This document shows, one piece after another, positions 35,270 through 48,880 of a stretch of DNA of 64,000 nt (positions within the stretch are counted from its first letter, which is position 1; each line of letters starts with the position of its first letter). Source of the DNA: Octopus sinensis (lineage: Eukaryota); assembly GCF_006345805.1 (NCBI RefSeq), contig NC_043004.1, positions 101,432,001-101,496,000 on the forward strand, written 5' to 3'. A program made the translations under genes and the position numbers. Under the pieces are notes generated by a model that saw only the letters and a list, made by a program, of their open reading frames with translations, did no database searches and had not been told where the DNA came from.

Positions 35270-36640
35270 ATGCAATGTAAAGGTGACTTTGGTGGTATTT
35301 GAAGTAAGCGCGCATAGACACGCACATACGATGACAGTCGCTCATAGCCAAACAAAGGTGGTTCAACAATTTCTTGTTGAAATTACAGGAGACCCAATTT
35401 CTGACTTTGTCTTTGAGTCCATCCTCCAGCCAAAGGTGGCTGCTCTTGAGCAATTTCTGAAGAATATTGAAGCAATTGAACCCCATCCAGGTTTCTTCAT
35501 ACTTAGAAATTACCTTTTGATCCCTAAGCTTCTATATTTGCTCAGAGTCAGCTCCTCTCACTGATTCCCATCTTGCCTCCAATGCTTTGACAACCTAATC
35601 TTTGAGAGACTCGAATGCTTGGTCAATATCAGACTCTCTCCAACATCCCGCAATCAGGTTGCATTGCCCAACCAATTTGGGGGTCTTGGTCTTCATAAGT
35701 ATTTGTCCCTTTCTTTCCCCTGCTTCCTTTCTTCTACTCATGCCTGCTCCACCCTGGTGAGCAACATCCTCTCCAACGTGGACCAGTTCCAATAGGGAGT
35801 TGGATGAAGCTCTCCAACAGTGGAGTGAATTGGGCTTGTCTGCTCCTGAGAAGGTGGAGGACTGTCAGAGCCAGAGAGCTTGGGACAACATAAGGTCAAA
35901 GGCCACCTTTGAATCTCTCTTCATCCAGTCGGACCAGTTTTCACGGTACCACTTACTGTCTACTTGTGCCAAATACTCAGGTGACTGGGTTGATGCCATC
36001 CCTGTTGCTAATGTCGGTGGCCTTCTCAGCTTGGACGAACTTCATGTCTCTGTTGCCCTCAGAGTGGGAGCTGAAGCATGCATGGGTTTGAGCTGTCATT
36101 GTGGCAAGCTCCTTGATTCCACAGGCCTCCATGGTCCTTTTTGCTGCCTTAATGCTGGTCGCTTTGCGAATCATACAGAATTAAACCTTATACTCAAGAG
36201 GAGCTTGGCCTGGGCAAACATCCCTCCATCTTGGAACCATCTGGATTGTCCAGATGTGATGGGAAAAGACCTGACAGCCTCACCCTGTGCCCTTGGTCAA
36301 GAGGCAGATGCCTTGTCTGGGACGTCACTGTTAGCGACTCTTTTGCTTCTCATATCCTGGATGCTGCAGCCAGGGTGAGATCCACAGCTTCTGCAGCCAA
36401 GCAGAGCAAAATCCTGAAGTACCATGATCTGTCAGCCAACTACATTTTTCCATCCTGTGGCGTTCGAGACACTTGGTGGGGTTGGGCCACTAACTGCGAG
36501 ATTCCTGTCTTCACTGGCAGCTCACCTAGCAGAGGTAACTGGTGAAGCTCATGAGGATGCTTGGTTGTTCCAACGCATCGACCTCGCCATCACTTGTGGC
36601 AATGCTGTAAGCATGCTGGCATGTCTCAATAGTCATTAGA
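35270..36640 (+). mobile_element. CRE-like non-LTR retrotransposon 3' part (RT tail, zinc knuckle, restriction-like endonuclease), disrupted
   Basis: CHCGKLLDSTGLHGPFC; EPSGLSRCDGKRPD.LTL.PWS.G.CLVWDVT; K..KY; PVAFETLG; FQRIDLA...GNA. Confidence 0.85.
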
Positions 36641-38234
36641 AAGGTTTCCCAGTGCCCCAGAATTTTCAACCTAAGGTGGTGAATTATTTTTGTTTTTTTT
36701 TTGTGGTTTTTTGTGTTTATTTTTTGTAATTTTTTCAATTGTGTTCTGTTTCGTCAAAATTTCTAATTTAATTTTTTTTTCTAATTTATATCATATGTAA
36801 TTGAGAATTATTGTTTAATTGTGAACTGATAAAAAAAATTCCATTAACTGATCAAATGTATGAGCTGTACATTGGCTCACTCCTGCCATCAAATTGATTT
36901 TACCTAAACAGGTGCACATTATACCACATATCAGGTGTTGAAGTGATCACAGAGCAATGGGAGATGAAGTGTTTTGCTCAAGAAAGCAAGAAACCACCCC
37001 GTCCAAGATTTGAAACCATGATCTTACAATCATGAGAGCAACACTCTAACCACCTTCATATATAAGTTTGTATTCTATAAAATTATGCAATATACTTTCA
37101 GATTAATGTGAAGTTGTTTTTATTATAACTGAACATAAAAACAAAATACTGAAGGACAACCTCTGGACGCTGAACATTTCAGATGAGATGACAAAGGTCT
37201 GAGATATCTGGCACCTTGTTGTACTCAAGAAAACCCACACTCCACAGTGGAAGTATTAAGGTTGCCTCTCCCACTGCTGAAGAGGATTAGCCTGCAAGAG
37301 TCCTGTGCCAGTACCATGTAAAAAGCACTCATGCCGGTTCCACGTAAATGCACCCAGCACATTTTATAAAATGGTTGGTGTTAGAAAGGCCATCCAGCCA
37401 TAGACACCAAGCTGTAACCTGGCAGAATGTTTAATGATATTTCAGACTCTGGGCAAAATGTTTAGTACCACTTCATCTGTCTCTATATTGTAAATTCAAA
37501 TTCTGTCAAGCCAAGATCAGCTTTGACTTTCATCCTTTTGGGGTCAATAAAATGAGTACCAGTTGACTTACTCCCTCCCCAGAGCTTGCTGTCCTTGTGC
37601 CAAAATTTTAAACCAATATATATATATATATATATATATATAAGGGTCATTTGTAAAAATTATAAATCCAAAAGAAGAAGCACACTCTAAGATGTAAAGC
37701 AGTATATATTAAAAATGAGAAAGGCTAGTTTACAGGATTACCATAGGTTTCTAATCCATAACGGGTTTAGCTTTATGGCATATCGTCAGGTTTTGGGGAT
37801 TTGATGATACACCATAAAGCTAAACTGTCTATGGATGGGAAACAAGGTAATCCCATAAACCAGCCTTCCCCATTTTTAATATATAAACACACATATATAT
37901 ATATATATTTGCCATGCTGGACCACTGAAATCAACAAGTTTTTTTTTTCAATCTCTCTCTGTTTATTTTCTCTTATTCTTTTCTGTTGAAGAGCATAGGC
38001 TCGAAATGTTAAAAGACTTTTCCATTTTCCCAAGCCTCAAACTAATTCAACAGCTTATTGTTCATACACCTGTCTTCATCTTTTATTTTTCTATAAATTT
38101 CGACTGAGGCACCCCCAGTGATATTTATATATATAAGCAAAATAGCTAGTTATAAAATCTCAAGAAGAGATAGAGTAGTAACATGTAGCAAAACAGTGAA
38201 GCAAGTAGCCACATCAAAGTGGTATATGAATGGT

Positions 38235-38393
38235 ACTACTAGTTTAACCCCAGGCGGATTCATCACCACCTGGTTTTCGGTGCAAGCTCTGCACCCTTTA
38301 AAATATATCACACCAATATATTATATATAAAGGGTGCAGAGCTTGCACCGGAAATCAGCTGCTGGAGAATGTGCCTGGGGTTAAACTAGTAGT
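38235..38393. repeat. Small imperfect fold-back (MITE-like)
   Basis: ACTACTAGTTTAACCCCAGGC...TGCAAGCTCTGCACCCTTTA pairs with 38327-38393. Confidence 0.7.
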
Positions 38394-38415
38394 GACATTC
38401 ATCTGCCAATGGCTA

Positions 38416-38451
<36 letters not shown>

Positions 38452-38452
38452 C

Positions 38453-38835
38453 GTGGAGGCGCAATGGCCCAGTGGTTAGGGCAGTGGACTCGCGGTCATA
38501 GGATCACGGTTTCGATTCCCAGACCGAGCGTTGTGAGTGTTTATTGAGCGAAAACACCTAAAGCTCCACGAGGCTCTGGCAGGGATGGTGGTGATCCCTG
38601 CTGTACTCTTTCACCACAACTTTCTCTCACTCTTACTTCCTGTTTCTGTTGTACCTGTATTTCAAAGGGCCGGCCTTGTCACTCTCTGTGTCACGCTGAA
38701 TATCCCCGAGAACTGCGTTAAGGGTACACGTGTCTGTGGAGTGCTCAGCCACTTACGCGTTAATTTCACGAGCAGGCTGTTCCGTTGATCGGATCAACCA
38801 GAACCCTCATCGTCGTAACCGACGGAGTGCTTCCA
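38453..38835 (+). mobile_element. SINE family B, tail variant i
   Basis: Near-identical to 20696-21086. Confidence 0.9.
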
Positions 38836-38845
38836 TTATATATAT

Positions 38846-39159
38846 ATCACTGTGACCACCGTGACTGACAAGTCTATCAGATGTTGCTACACATCGCTGG
38901 TCACAATGCGCTTTGCATTGTTTTAGCCTTCAAATGATGCTATCTCACTGGCTAAGCAAGCAGGCCAACAGAAGAAAGAGTGAGAGAAAGTTGTGGCGAA
39001 AGAGTACAGCAGGGATCGCCACCACCCCCTGCCGGAGCCTCGTGGAGCTTAGGTGTTTTCGCTCAATAAACACTCACACACCCCCCCGGTCTTGGAATCG
39101 AAACCATGATCCTACGACCGTGAGTCCGCTGCCCTAACCACTGGCCATTGTGCCTCCAC
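38846..39159 (-). mobile_element. SINE family B, tail variant ii
   Basis: Same head and body, different 3' part (...GTGACCAGCGATGTGTAGCAACATCTGAT...GTGAT), also at 50898-51018. Confidence 0.85.
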
Positions 39160-39216
39160 CTATATATATATAATATATATATTATATATATATATTATAT
39201 ATATATATATATATTC

Positions 39217-39427
39217 TTTACTACCCACAAGAGCTAAACATAGAGGGGACAAACAAGGACAGAGAAAGGGATTAAGTCGATTACATCGACCCCAGTGCGA
39301 AACTGGTACTTTTTTATCAACCCTGAAAGTCGACCTCGGAAGAAATTGAACTCAGAACGTAACGGCAGATGAAATACCGCTAAGCATTTTGCCCGCCGTG
39401 CTAACGTTTCTGCCAGCTCGCTGCCTT
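39217..39427 (-). mobile_element. SINE family C
   Basis: Reverse complement of the 31853 type. Confidence 0.85.
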
Positions 39428-39811
39428 TATATATATATATATACACACACACACCACACACATACGTATGTATGTATGTATATGTATGCATTACTGGCCA
39501 CACATACATAGTTATGTGTTTTGTTTATATGCTGAACTTGCTGTGGGATAGTGTTCTGGGAAAGCAACCTACATGATACTGATTGTTAAAGCACACCTGA
39601 ATGCAACAGACCAGGTGAGAAAAACCTCACCCTGGAATCACCGAGAATGGTACGTACTAATATTTCACCATTATTGTGGCTCATCAATACCATGTACTCA
39701 GATCATCTCAAAAGGAAGTAAATCACTGGTCTGTGACTTATATATAAACAGAGACAAGTCTATTTGCTGATGCTAAACAAAACACCATCACTGTGTATGT
39801 GTGACTGATAA

Positions 39812-40035
39812 TTTTACTCTCTTTTACTCTTTTACTTGCTTCAGTCATTTGACTGCGGCCATGCTGGAGCACCGCCTTTAGTCGAGCAACTCGACTCCGG
39901 GACTTATTCTTTGTAAGCCCAGTACTTATTCTATTGGTCTCTTTCGACGAACCGCTAACTGACGGCGACGTAAACACACCAGCATCGGTTGTCAAACAAT
40001 GCTAGGGGGACAAACACAGACACACAAAAACATAT

Positions 40036-40133
<98 letters not shown>

Positions 40134-40291
40134 CATTTCTTTCAGTTTCCGTCTACCAAATCCATTCACAAGGCTTTGGTCGGCCCGAGGCTATAGCAGA
40201 AGACACTTGCCCAAGATGCTACGCAGTGGGACTGAACCCAAAACCATGTGGTTGGTAAGCAAGCTACTTACCACACAGCCACTCCTGCACC
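39812..40291 (-). mobile_element. SINE family A with expanded internal (TA)n
   Basis: Family consensus on minus strand. Confidence 0.9.
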
Positions 40292-40550
40292 TATAATGTC
40301 TACATAACTGGAGCTGCTTTTAGTTTATAATTTAATATATAATTCTCTTCTCTATTTTCTAAATGTTGCTTGTGCTTTTATATAAGATTTTATCTTATAC
40401 ATGACTAAAACCAACTTTTTACTTGTTATTTTCACATTTTAAATGCTTGCCATAGCTAGCTTCTACTTTTATATGAATAATCTTTATTAGAAATCTATCT
40501 TTTGGGACCCCACCAAAAAGTTTGAATTGTTCTACTTGCACTTATCTTTT

Positions 40551-40595
<45 letters not shown>

Positions 40596-40849
40596 GCACA
40601 CATACATATGCACACACAAATACACACACACATATATATATAAATGATGATGACAATGATGATGATGACACACACATACATATATATACAAAATGCAATG
40701 GGTAAATTGTTGCCATTTTATAATTTTAATTTCGCTCGTGTGCATTATTTGTTTCTAATTTTGTTGACTACAGAGTATAGTAGGGTCAGTTGGGCACCGT
40801 CTGTCAGAAATACAGCACCATGACGCAATTTACTCTACCAAAAAATTTG

Positions 40850-41225
40850 GAAACAACATGCTGTACTGCTTGGCATTCATGCCAGAAGCTCCAAATCAAA
40901 TATTTCAGAGTGTTTGGGTGTCAATCTGAGAACAGTGCAGAGGATTGGAAAGGGTTGGATGAATCTAATGGGGATAACAAAGGTACAGCAGCTCGGAAAG
41001 CTCACTCTGATCGGAAAAAATCTCCTGAATTTGTGGGTGAGATCTAGGCCAAGATTGACAGCGACCTCTCCAAGTGGGTGCTGCATGAAGACATTCGGTA
41101 TTTCTCATACAAGATGAGAAAGGGTCAATTTTTATCCCAAGCCATCAAGGACAAGAGGAAAGACCAAGCTACAAAGCTTTTGAACAAACTCAGGCTTCCC
41201 CTCCAACCAAACATGCTTTTGGTGT
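40850..41225 (+). pseudogene. Tc1/mariner-superfamily (DD37D/maT-like) transposase N-terminal remnant
   Basis: ISECLGVNLRTVQRI..., RKAHSDRKKSPEFV, LHEDIRYFSYKMRKGQFLSQA.KDKR; subfamily is inference. Confidence 0.7.
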
Positions 41226-41229
41226 AAGC

Positions 41230-41600
41230 ACCCATTACACTCTTGGAGTGGTTGGCATCAGGAAAGGCATCCTGGCATAGAAATCAGACTGGAACCTGGT
41301 GCAACCCTTTGGCTTACCATTTAACCCATGCCAGCATGGAAAGCAGACGTTAAATGATAATGGTGATGATATATATATATCATCATCATCATCATCATCA
41401 TCATTCTTTAACCTCTGTTTTCCATGCTCACATGGGTTGGACCATTTGACCAAAGTTGGCAAGCTGGAGCACTGCACCAGGCTCCAGACTGATCTGGATG
41501 CCCTTCCAAGTGCCAACCACTTTACTGAGTATGTCGGGTGCTTTTTTACATGGCACCAGCATGGGTACTTTTTATGGTGACACCAGAAAATGGATCTTGC
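41230..41600. mobile_element. Two diverged family D fragments, tail-to-tail
   Basis: Plus copy ends GACGTTAAATGAT (~41360); minus copy starts at (CAT)n ~41385. Confidence 0.65.
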
Positions 41601-41659
41601 AGGCCGATCTTCTTCAGTAAGAGGAGTGGCATTAACACCTTTGCCATGGAGAACAGGTT

Positions 41660-42010
41660 TTCTTGAGTACGGCAAGGGGCTAAACATCTCAGTCTTTTGT
41701 CATCTCCTCCATAAGGTTCATTGTCCTGAGATCATCATTTTGTACTTCATCCCATGTCTTCCTCAGTCTCCCTCTTCCATGACTTCCACCCATTTTGATC
41801 AACACTTCTTTATGAAGCTGTCTACATCCATCCACATCACATGACCAAACCAGTGCAGTCTTCTCTCTTGCACACTACATCTAATTCCCCTTACGCATGA
41901 GACTATTTTACTCGATAATGTTCTCCTACACTGAGTTAGACTGAGGCTTGCATCATCAAGAAGTTCCAGGAATTGTGAGGTCCCTCCAGACACAGCTTCT
42001 GTGTGTAACT
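41660..42010 (-). pseudogene. RTE-clade LINE ORF2 C-terminal fragment
   Basis: VRGIRCSVQERRLHWFGHVMWMD..SFIKKC. Confidence 0.75.
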
Positions 42011-42097
42011 AGGGACAGTCCTGTGTGCTGTGGTACTTAAACCATTTGTATGCATTTCATCTTGTCCTGGTGGAAATTCAGACCATGCTGATTCAAA

Positions 42098-42500
42098 TAT
42101 TGGGTCATCTCATAAATAATGCAGATTTTTTTATACTTCTTTTAGTTTTCAAAATTAAGATAAACAACAAAGTTCTTTTCTACTCTAAAATATACTCTCC
42201 TTCATTTTCTACAATGCTTTTCCATCTTTCTGGTAAACTTGCAAGGCCCTTCTTCCACAATTCACTTGTCCTTGATGGAAAATACTCCACCAATACAATT
42301 CTGACCTCGTCTACAGAATTCATATTTTCTCCATCCAAATGATTTTGAAGACTACAGAATAAATGATAATCAGATGGAGCAATATCCGGCGAATATGGTG
42401 GGTTGGGCATCGTTTCCCATAAAAAACTGCTCCACCCATCAAACTGCTCTGATACAAAACACGCAGTTTCATATGATTATGGGTTATATTACTCCACCCT
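42098..42500 (-). mobile_element. Mariner 3' end with TIR
   Basis: PNPPYSPDIAPSDYHLFCSLQNHL...LPERWKSIVENEGEYI; TIR TATTGGGTCATC at 42098; same family as 23196-24354. Confidence 0.9.
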
Positions 42501-42864
42501 GACACTAATTACTAATTACTAAGTACTAATTTATGTGTTGTACAAACTTTTATGACTATAATCCAATTACATACGGACGTCTTTTTATGGTGGCCTTATT
42601 TGTAATTCCATCTACTGAAGTCCTATGATGATGGAAGATTGTTGATGTGGGTAGACTTGGCCAGCTGGAAGTGCACAGTTATGCAGATTTACAGCAGATC
42701 TGAATAGTCAACTGAGAGGTCATGGCTGGAAAGTCAGTATGCCATTGACAACAAGGAAGTTAAAAGAAATGGCAATTAGCTGTGAAGATGAAGCAGTCAC
42801 CATACATTCTACAGGTAGAATCCTCAACAGTGATAAAACCAAGCAATTGCTTATGTATACATTT

Positions 42865-43330
<466 letters not shown>

Positions 43331-43536
43331 TTATTAATTTATGGTAAAAATAATTTTAACTTTGCCCACCTAATACAGTAAATGAATTAATTGCATCGCA
43401 ATTCTTAACATTTATGTATTAGCTTTGTTGGGTACTTCTCTAGCAGTATATTGGATATATGTTATCCCATGGAGGGTTGAATTTACAACCCCTATCTCAT
43501 TTTATATATATATATATATATATACATACTGTTGTG

Positions 43537-43684
43537 TCTGGGGAGAGTCATTTTCTTTTTGTGCCTTATAATTTAACACACACACTGGTAAAATTTTAGG
43601 AAAATAAAAATAAGAAATAAGTGGAAATTTTACCGGTGAGTGTGTTAGATTATAAGGCGCAAAAAGAAAATGACTCTCTCCAGA
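43537..43684. repeat. Inverted repeat, ~60-bp arms
   Basis: TCTGG.GAGAGTCATTTTCTTTTTG.GCCTTATAAT...GGTAAAATTT and its reverse complement. Confidence 0.85.
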
Positions 43685-43860
43685 ATTTGCTTCAACACAC
43701 AAACTCACATAAAGAATCTTGCAAACCAAATCCAAAAACGAAATATCTATATATATATATATTGCTTTACTTGGGGATGGTCCTTTTCAGTTTTTGCCAC
43801 TTAAACACATGAATTATTTATTGGATCTTCACTTTAGTTTTTATTCGCATTATTTTCACT

Positions 43861-44035
43861 TTACATGTCTGTCATTCTGTGACTTCATCAGTGACTGTCC
43901 CATATGTCTCCCCTTGTCCTGCTTATTACAGAAGGACAAAATGGAATAAGAAGAACAAGAGGAGGAACACATGGGATAGAGAGTCCCTGATGAGGTCACA
44001 GGATGTGTGACAAAAGAACTTTGACAGACATGTAA
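43861..44035. repeat. Degenerate fold-back with hammerhead-like remnant
   Basis: Ends TTACATGTCTGTCA/TGACAGACATGTAA; CTGATGAG-GTCACA-GGATG-TGTGAC-AAAA at 43987-44015. Confidence 0.55.
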
Positions 44036-44047
44036 ATCTAAAAATAA

Positions 44048-44632
44048 ATCATCATCATCATCATCGTTTAGCGTCCGCTTTCCATGCTAGCATGGGTTGG
44101 ACAGTTCAACTGGGGTCTGGGAAGCCAGAAGGCTGCACCAGGCCCAGTCTGATCTGGCAGTGTTTCTACGGCTGGATGCCCTTCCTAACACCAACCACTC
44201 CGTGAGTGTAGTGGGTGCTTTTTATGTGCCACCAGCACAGGTGCCAGACGAGTCTGGCAAACGGTCACGATCGGATGGTGCCTCTTACGTGCCACTGGCA
44301 TGGGGGCCAGGCGAGGCTGGCAATGGCCACGATCGGATGGTGCTTTTTACATGCCACCAGGCACGAAACCAGTTGGGGCGGCGCTGGCAACGGCCACGTT
44401 CAGATGGTTCTCTTACGTACCACCGGCACTGGTATCACAGCTGCAATTTCCATTGATGTTGATCAATTTCGATTCTCACTTGCCTCAACAGGTCTTCACA
44501 AGTAGAGTTTTGTGTCCCAAGAAGGAAAGGTATGCATAAGTGGACTGGCTACATCCCATGTAGAGGCCATGGGTTATGGTCTCACTTGTCTTGCCGGGTC
44601 TTCTCACGCACAGCATACTTCCAATTAAAGTA
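44048..44632 (-). mobile_element. Family D element, long form with 5' region
   Basis: (CAT)n tail, internal repeats, 5' part homologous to 61464-61560. Confidence 0.85.
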
Positions 44633-44929
44633 AAGATCAAATGAATAGTGTGTGTATGTTTAACTCGCCAAAAAAAAAAAAAATGACCATCCCGAAATCT
44701 AACACACACACGTCATCTATTCATGTTGGAACTCTGAATTCTACACAGTTCTCCTGGGGCTGAATTCTACACATGATCTCCTGGGGTTAAAAGCTTCAGT
44801 AACACCCACCCCCAGTGGCTAGCCACATTGAGATGGCTAGTACACTTTACGTTGTCAAGCGGTTACTGTTTACATCTCATTCGGAGATTTATTAATGCTT
44901 ATATATATATATTTATCTATAAAATAATA

Positions 44930-45180
44930 TGATACAATTACTCAATAGTCAAGATAAAACTCTGAGTTTCAAATGCCGAAGTGGAAATCCACAACACCAT
45001 CTCTTTGGTTATCTGGCCAGATAACCAAAGAGATGGCGTTGTGGATTTCCACTTCGGCATCTGAAACTCAGAGTTTTATCTTGACTATTGAGTAATTGTC
45101 GCATATTATTTTATAGATAAATTTCCTCTATTTACATAATATTGAGGTCTTTTTCTTTCTTTTGTTATCTTACCGTTTTT
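44930..45180. mobile_element. Second fold-back of the 21.6 kb family
   Basis: Spacer-less palindrome centred 45016/45017 (CTGG|CCAG), arms ~85 bp with a few mismatches. Confidence 0.9.
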
Positions 45181-45188
45181 ACTAATAT

Positions 45189-45236
<48 letters not shown>

Positions 45237-45351
45237 ATAATATATATATATATGCAGATAAATAGATAGATAGATACGCACAGAAAAACATACATACATA
45301 CATATATATATATATATACATATGTATATACACACAAATACATATATATAC

Positions 45352-45417
<66 letters not shown>

Positions 45418-45859
45418 GCCTGTTGTTATGTCCTGTTTTTTTTATCGTATTTTGTATTAATATTCGTGTAACATCGTCTGTTTTTCCATCCTTGTTTCGT
45501 ATACATTCGATGCTTTTTTCCAAGGAATCTAATGCTCTTAGCTTAGTTTTTCCTTGGGGCTGGCCAGATTGGAACAATCTCAAGATTAATCAGCCAAAAT
45601 TGCAAGGATGATCCAGTTCTTGATTGAAGATAAAAGGCTTCCGTGCTTTTTTTGTATCGTCTATCTGGATGTTTTGTTGTCCCTTCTTGTATCATCTAAT
45701 TGTCCGGATGTTTTGCATTCTTGCCCCATTTTGTATTATATTTTTTATATATATATATATATATAATATATATATATATATATTATATATATATACATAT
45801 ACACACACACACAAACACATACATATAGTAATCACTTGCCATTTCGCATATTAGTACAT

Positions 45860-46635
45860 CAGGGATTTTCTGGCTACAAAAAGTCTTCATGTGAACATGA
45901 CCTGGGTGTTATTGTCGACAGTGATTTGCGTTGGACAAAACACATCGCTAAAATTGTCAAGAAGGCTGAGGGTGTCTTGGCATCACTCACCAAATCCTTT
46001 GTGAGCCACTCTCCGACTATCTATCTGCGGCTTTATATAGCTATGGTAAGACCTCACCTGGAATTTGAATCACCGGTCTGGAACCCCTATCTTGCCCAGG
46101 ATATCAATCATCTGGAAGCCGTTCAGCGACGTGCAACCAAAAGAATACCCTCCATCAGGCATTTGCCATATTCTGAACGCCTTACTTCCCTGGGCATGGA
46201 CACATTGAAACTCCGACGTCTGGCAGCTGACTTGGCAGACACCCATAAAATTATTAACCATTGTACAAACAATAACTCTGAGCACCTTTTCAAAATCCAC
46301 CCATCTAACACCCGTGGATATATTTACAAAGTCAGAAAACAGCACAGCTCCCATGACTTTAGGAAACATTTTTTCACGCTGAGAGTTGCTGAAGCATGGA
46401 ACAAACTGCCGGCATCAGTTGTTAGTTGTCGGAGCACGGCATCCTTCAAAACTTCCATGCTTCCTGAGATTCACCAACACTACACCTGATTTTCTCCCCT
46501 CCATACACACATAAGCATGTATGCGACTCATACATTGTTCGCTTTCCAGACATTTGTACATTACTGCATATGCTTTATATGCACTTTTGACAAGTTGTGG
46601 TGCACCTGAGCACTGTATACAATAATTTCATTATT
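45860..46635 (+). mobile_element. CR1-clade LINE 3' end (RT C-terminus and 3'UTR)
   Basis: DLGVIVDSDL.W..HI..IVKKA, LYIAMVRPHLEF..PVWNP, LEAVQRRATK, RL..L...TL..RR...DL; open to 46489; 3'UTR also at 51045-51362. Confidence 0.9.
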
Positions 46636-46994
46636 TTTTTTATTAAGTTATATATCACAGGCTTTTGCAGCAGATGGATATTTATAAGAGAGAGAGAGAG
46701 GGAAAGAGAGAGAGATGTATATTTGTATTTCGACTCATCTATGTATGTCAGGACCTTACACACACAAGAAAAAAAAGGAAACTTTAGTTCTACAGAAATA
46801 TAAAACATGCTTAAACTTGTCTAAACCAATTACAAAATGGTTCTATTGAGATTTAATGATTGAACATGAAGTTGGTGTGTGTAGCAAACAATTAATTTCT
46901 TCTTACTAAAGTTAAATGGCGTCATAATTCCTACAAAGAATGTCCAGGGTTATTAATGTTCATTATTTTGCAAGGTATCGATACGTTTTGTTTG

Positions 46995-46999
46995 TTTAT

Positions 47000-47039
<40 letters not shown>

Positions 47040-47062
47040 ACTCTGTCTCTCTCTCTCTCTCA

Positions 47063-47112
<50 letters not shown>

Positions 47113-47234
47113 TTCTCTCTCTCTCACTCTTTCTCTCTCTCTCTCACTCTTTCTCTCTCTCTCTCTCTCACTCTTTCTCTCTCTTTCTCTCTCACTCTCT
47201 CTCACTCTCTCTCTCACTCTCTCTCTCTCTCTCT

Positions 47235-47271
<37 letters not shown>

Positions 47272-47793
47272 GTTAAATTGCTTCTCTGTTTCTTAAACAT
47301 CTCGCCTACACATCTCTTCCCTGTTTCCCCCTTTCTCTTTCTCTCTTTTCAACTCTTGTCACTCTCTCTCTCTGCCTCTTACTTTTTCTCTTAGTCTGTC
47401 TTTCTCCTGCTGTTTCCCACTCTTTCTCTTTCTCTTTATATATCTCACGTTCTGTGTCTCTTTCTAATTTTTTTTTTCTCTTTTAGATAAATTTCCTTTT
47501 CTTTCTTTCTGTCATTTAAAAAAATTTTTTATTCTTATTAAGATCTTTCTTTCATACCTAATAATCTTCACTGCTTGTCTCTTCAACCTTCTCTTTCAGT
47601 CTCTCTCTCTGTCTCTGTCTCTCTCACTTTCTCTCTCTCTTTCTCACTTTATTTCTTACTCTCTCTCCCCCTCTCTTTCTTTCTCTCTTTGTCTCTCCCC
47701 TCTCTCTCTTTCTCTTTCTCATTCTCACTCATTCAACTTTCTTTCAGGCTATTTGTCGTCATCCTTCTATGTAACATTCTCTCTCTCTCCCTC

Positions 47794-47841
<48 letters not shown>

Positions 47842-47883
47842 TCTCTCTTTCTCTCTGTCTGTCTGTCTGCCTGTCTCTGTCTG

Positions 47884-47922
<39 letters not shown>

Positions 47923-47973
47923 GCCTGTCTCTGTCTGTCTGTCTGTCTCTGTCTGTCTGTCTCTCTCTCTCTG

Positions 47974-48012
<39 letters not shown>

Positions 48013-48050
48013 TTCTCTCTCTCTCCCTCTCATCCTCCTCTCTCTCCTTT
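46995..48050. repeat. Polypyrimidine region: (CT)n and (CTGT)n tracts
   Basis: Direct reading; main tracts ~47000-47270 and ~47775-48030. Confidence 0.95.
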
Positions 48051-48465
48051 GCTCTAATTCACTGCTTCGGTGTCTGCCACCTTACACCCTTCTCTCTAAA
48101 ATTTATTCTTGACCCACCTTTCCGTGTCCCTCATAAATTATCTTCCACCATTCATTTCTTGCATATCCTTTTCTCATCTTATATTCAATTGATCATTGAT
48201 CTCAAGTATTTCATGTTTACCTTAATAGCATCAACATCAATCACCTGTTGTCACTACCGAATCAATCGATAAATCATACATTAAGCCACGATCAAAACAA
48301 GGATATAGTAATATAAAATCAATAATTCTTTACATGACTTTTATAAATATCTCTTTTCTGCATTAGGTTAATGTGTTTAGCTTTCACCTTCTCGTTTGTC
48401 ATTTATTTATTAATAAGAACGTGCATATTATGTTTTCTCCTTCAATTAATAAATTTTATAATTTA

Positions 48466-48860
48466 CTAGCAGTATCGCCCGGCGTTGCTCGGGTTTGTAA
48501 GGGAAATAACTATATAAGCATTTTTAGAGAGTTATAGCCAAAAAATAGCAAAAAAATGCATTAAAATGGAAAAAAATGATGGTAATTTTTTTTTTAAATC
48601 GTTGACTCATCGTAGACATTTTTAGAGAGTTACTTCCCTTATATAATAGCGAAAAAAATGCATTAAAATGGAAAAAATGATGGTAAATTTTTTTAAAATT
48701 GTAGACTCATCGTAGACGCGCGCTAATACCCAGAAGGGCTCGATATGAATAACGACTATAAGATACCCGGTTTTGGTTAAACTGCACCGCAAAATGTGGG
48801 AGTAGTTAGGAATCTAAATCGTAGGAGACAGACACACAACTTGACTTTTATATATAAAGA
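48466..48860 (-). mobile_element. Non-autonomous Helitron
   Basis: Minus strand A|TCTTTATATATAAAA start, ends CCCGAGCAACGCCGGGCGATACTGCTAG|T. Confidence 0.8.
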
Positions 48861-48880
48861 TAAATCTCTCTCTATATATA

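Noticed and set aside
44480-44632. Possible HDV-like ribozyme in the family D 5' region (also 61464-61620)
   Set aside because: A pyrimidine loop and GGCAAG end are suggestive, but I could not assign P1 and P3 pairings for the nested double pseudoknot.
46912-46974. Possible plus-strand exon (also 39611-39648)
   Set aside because: Weak splice signals and no homology; expected by chance in AT-rich DNA.
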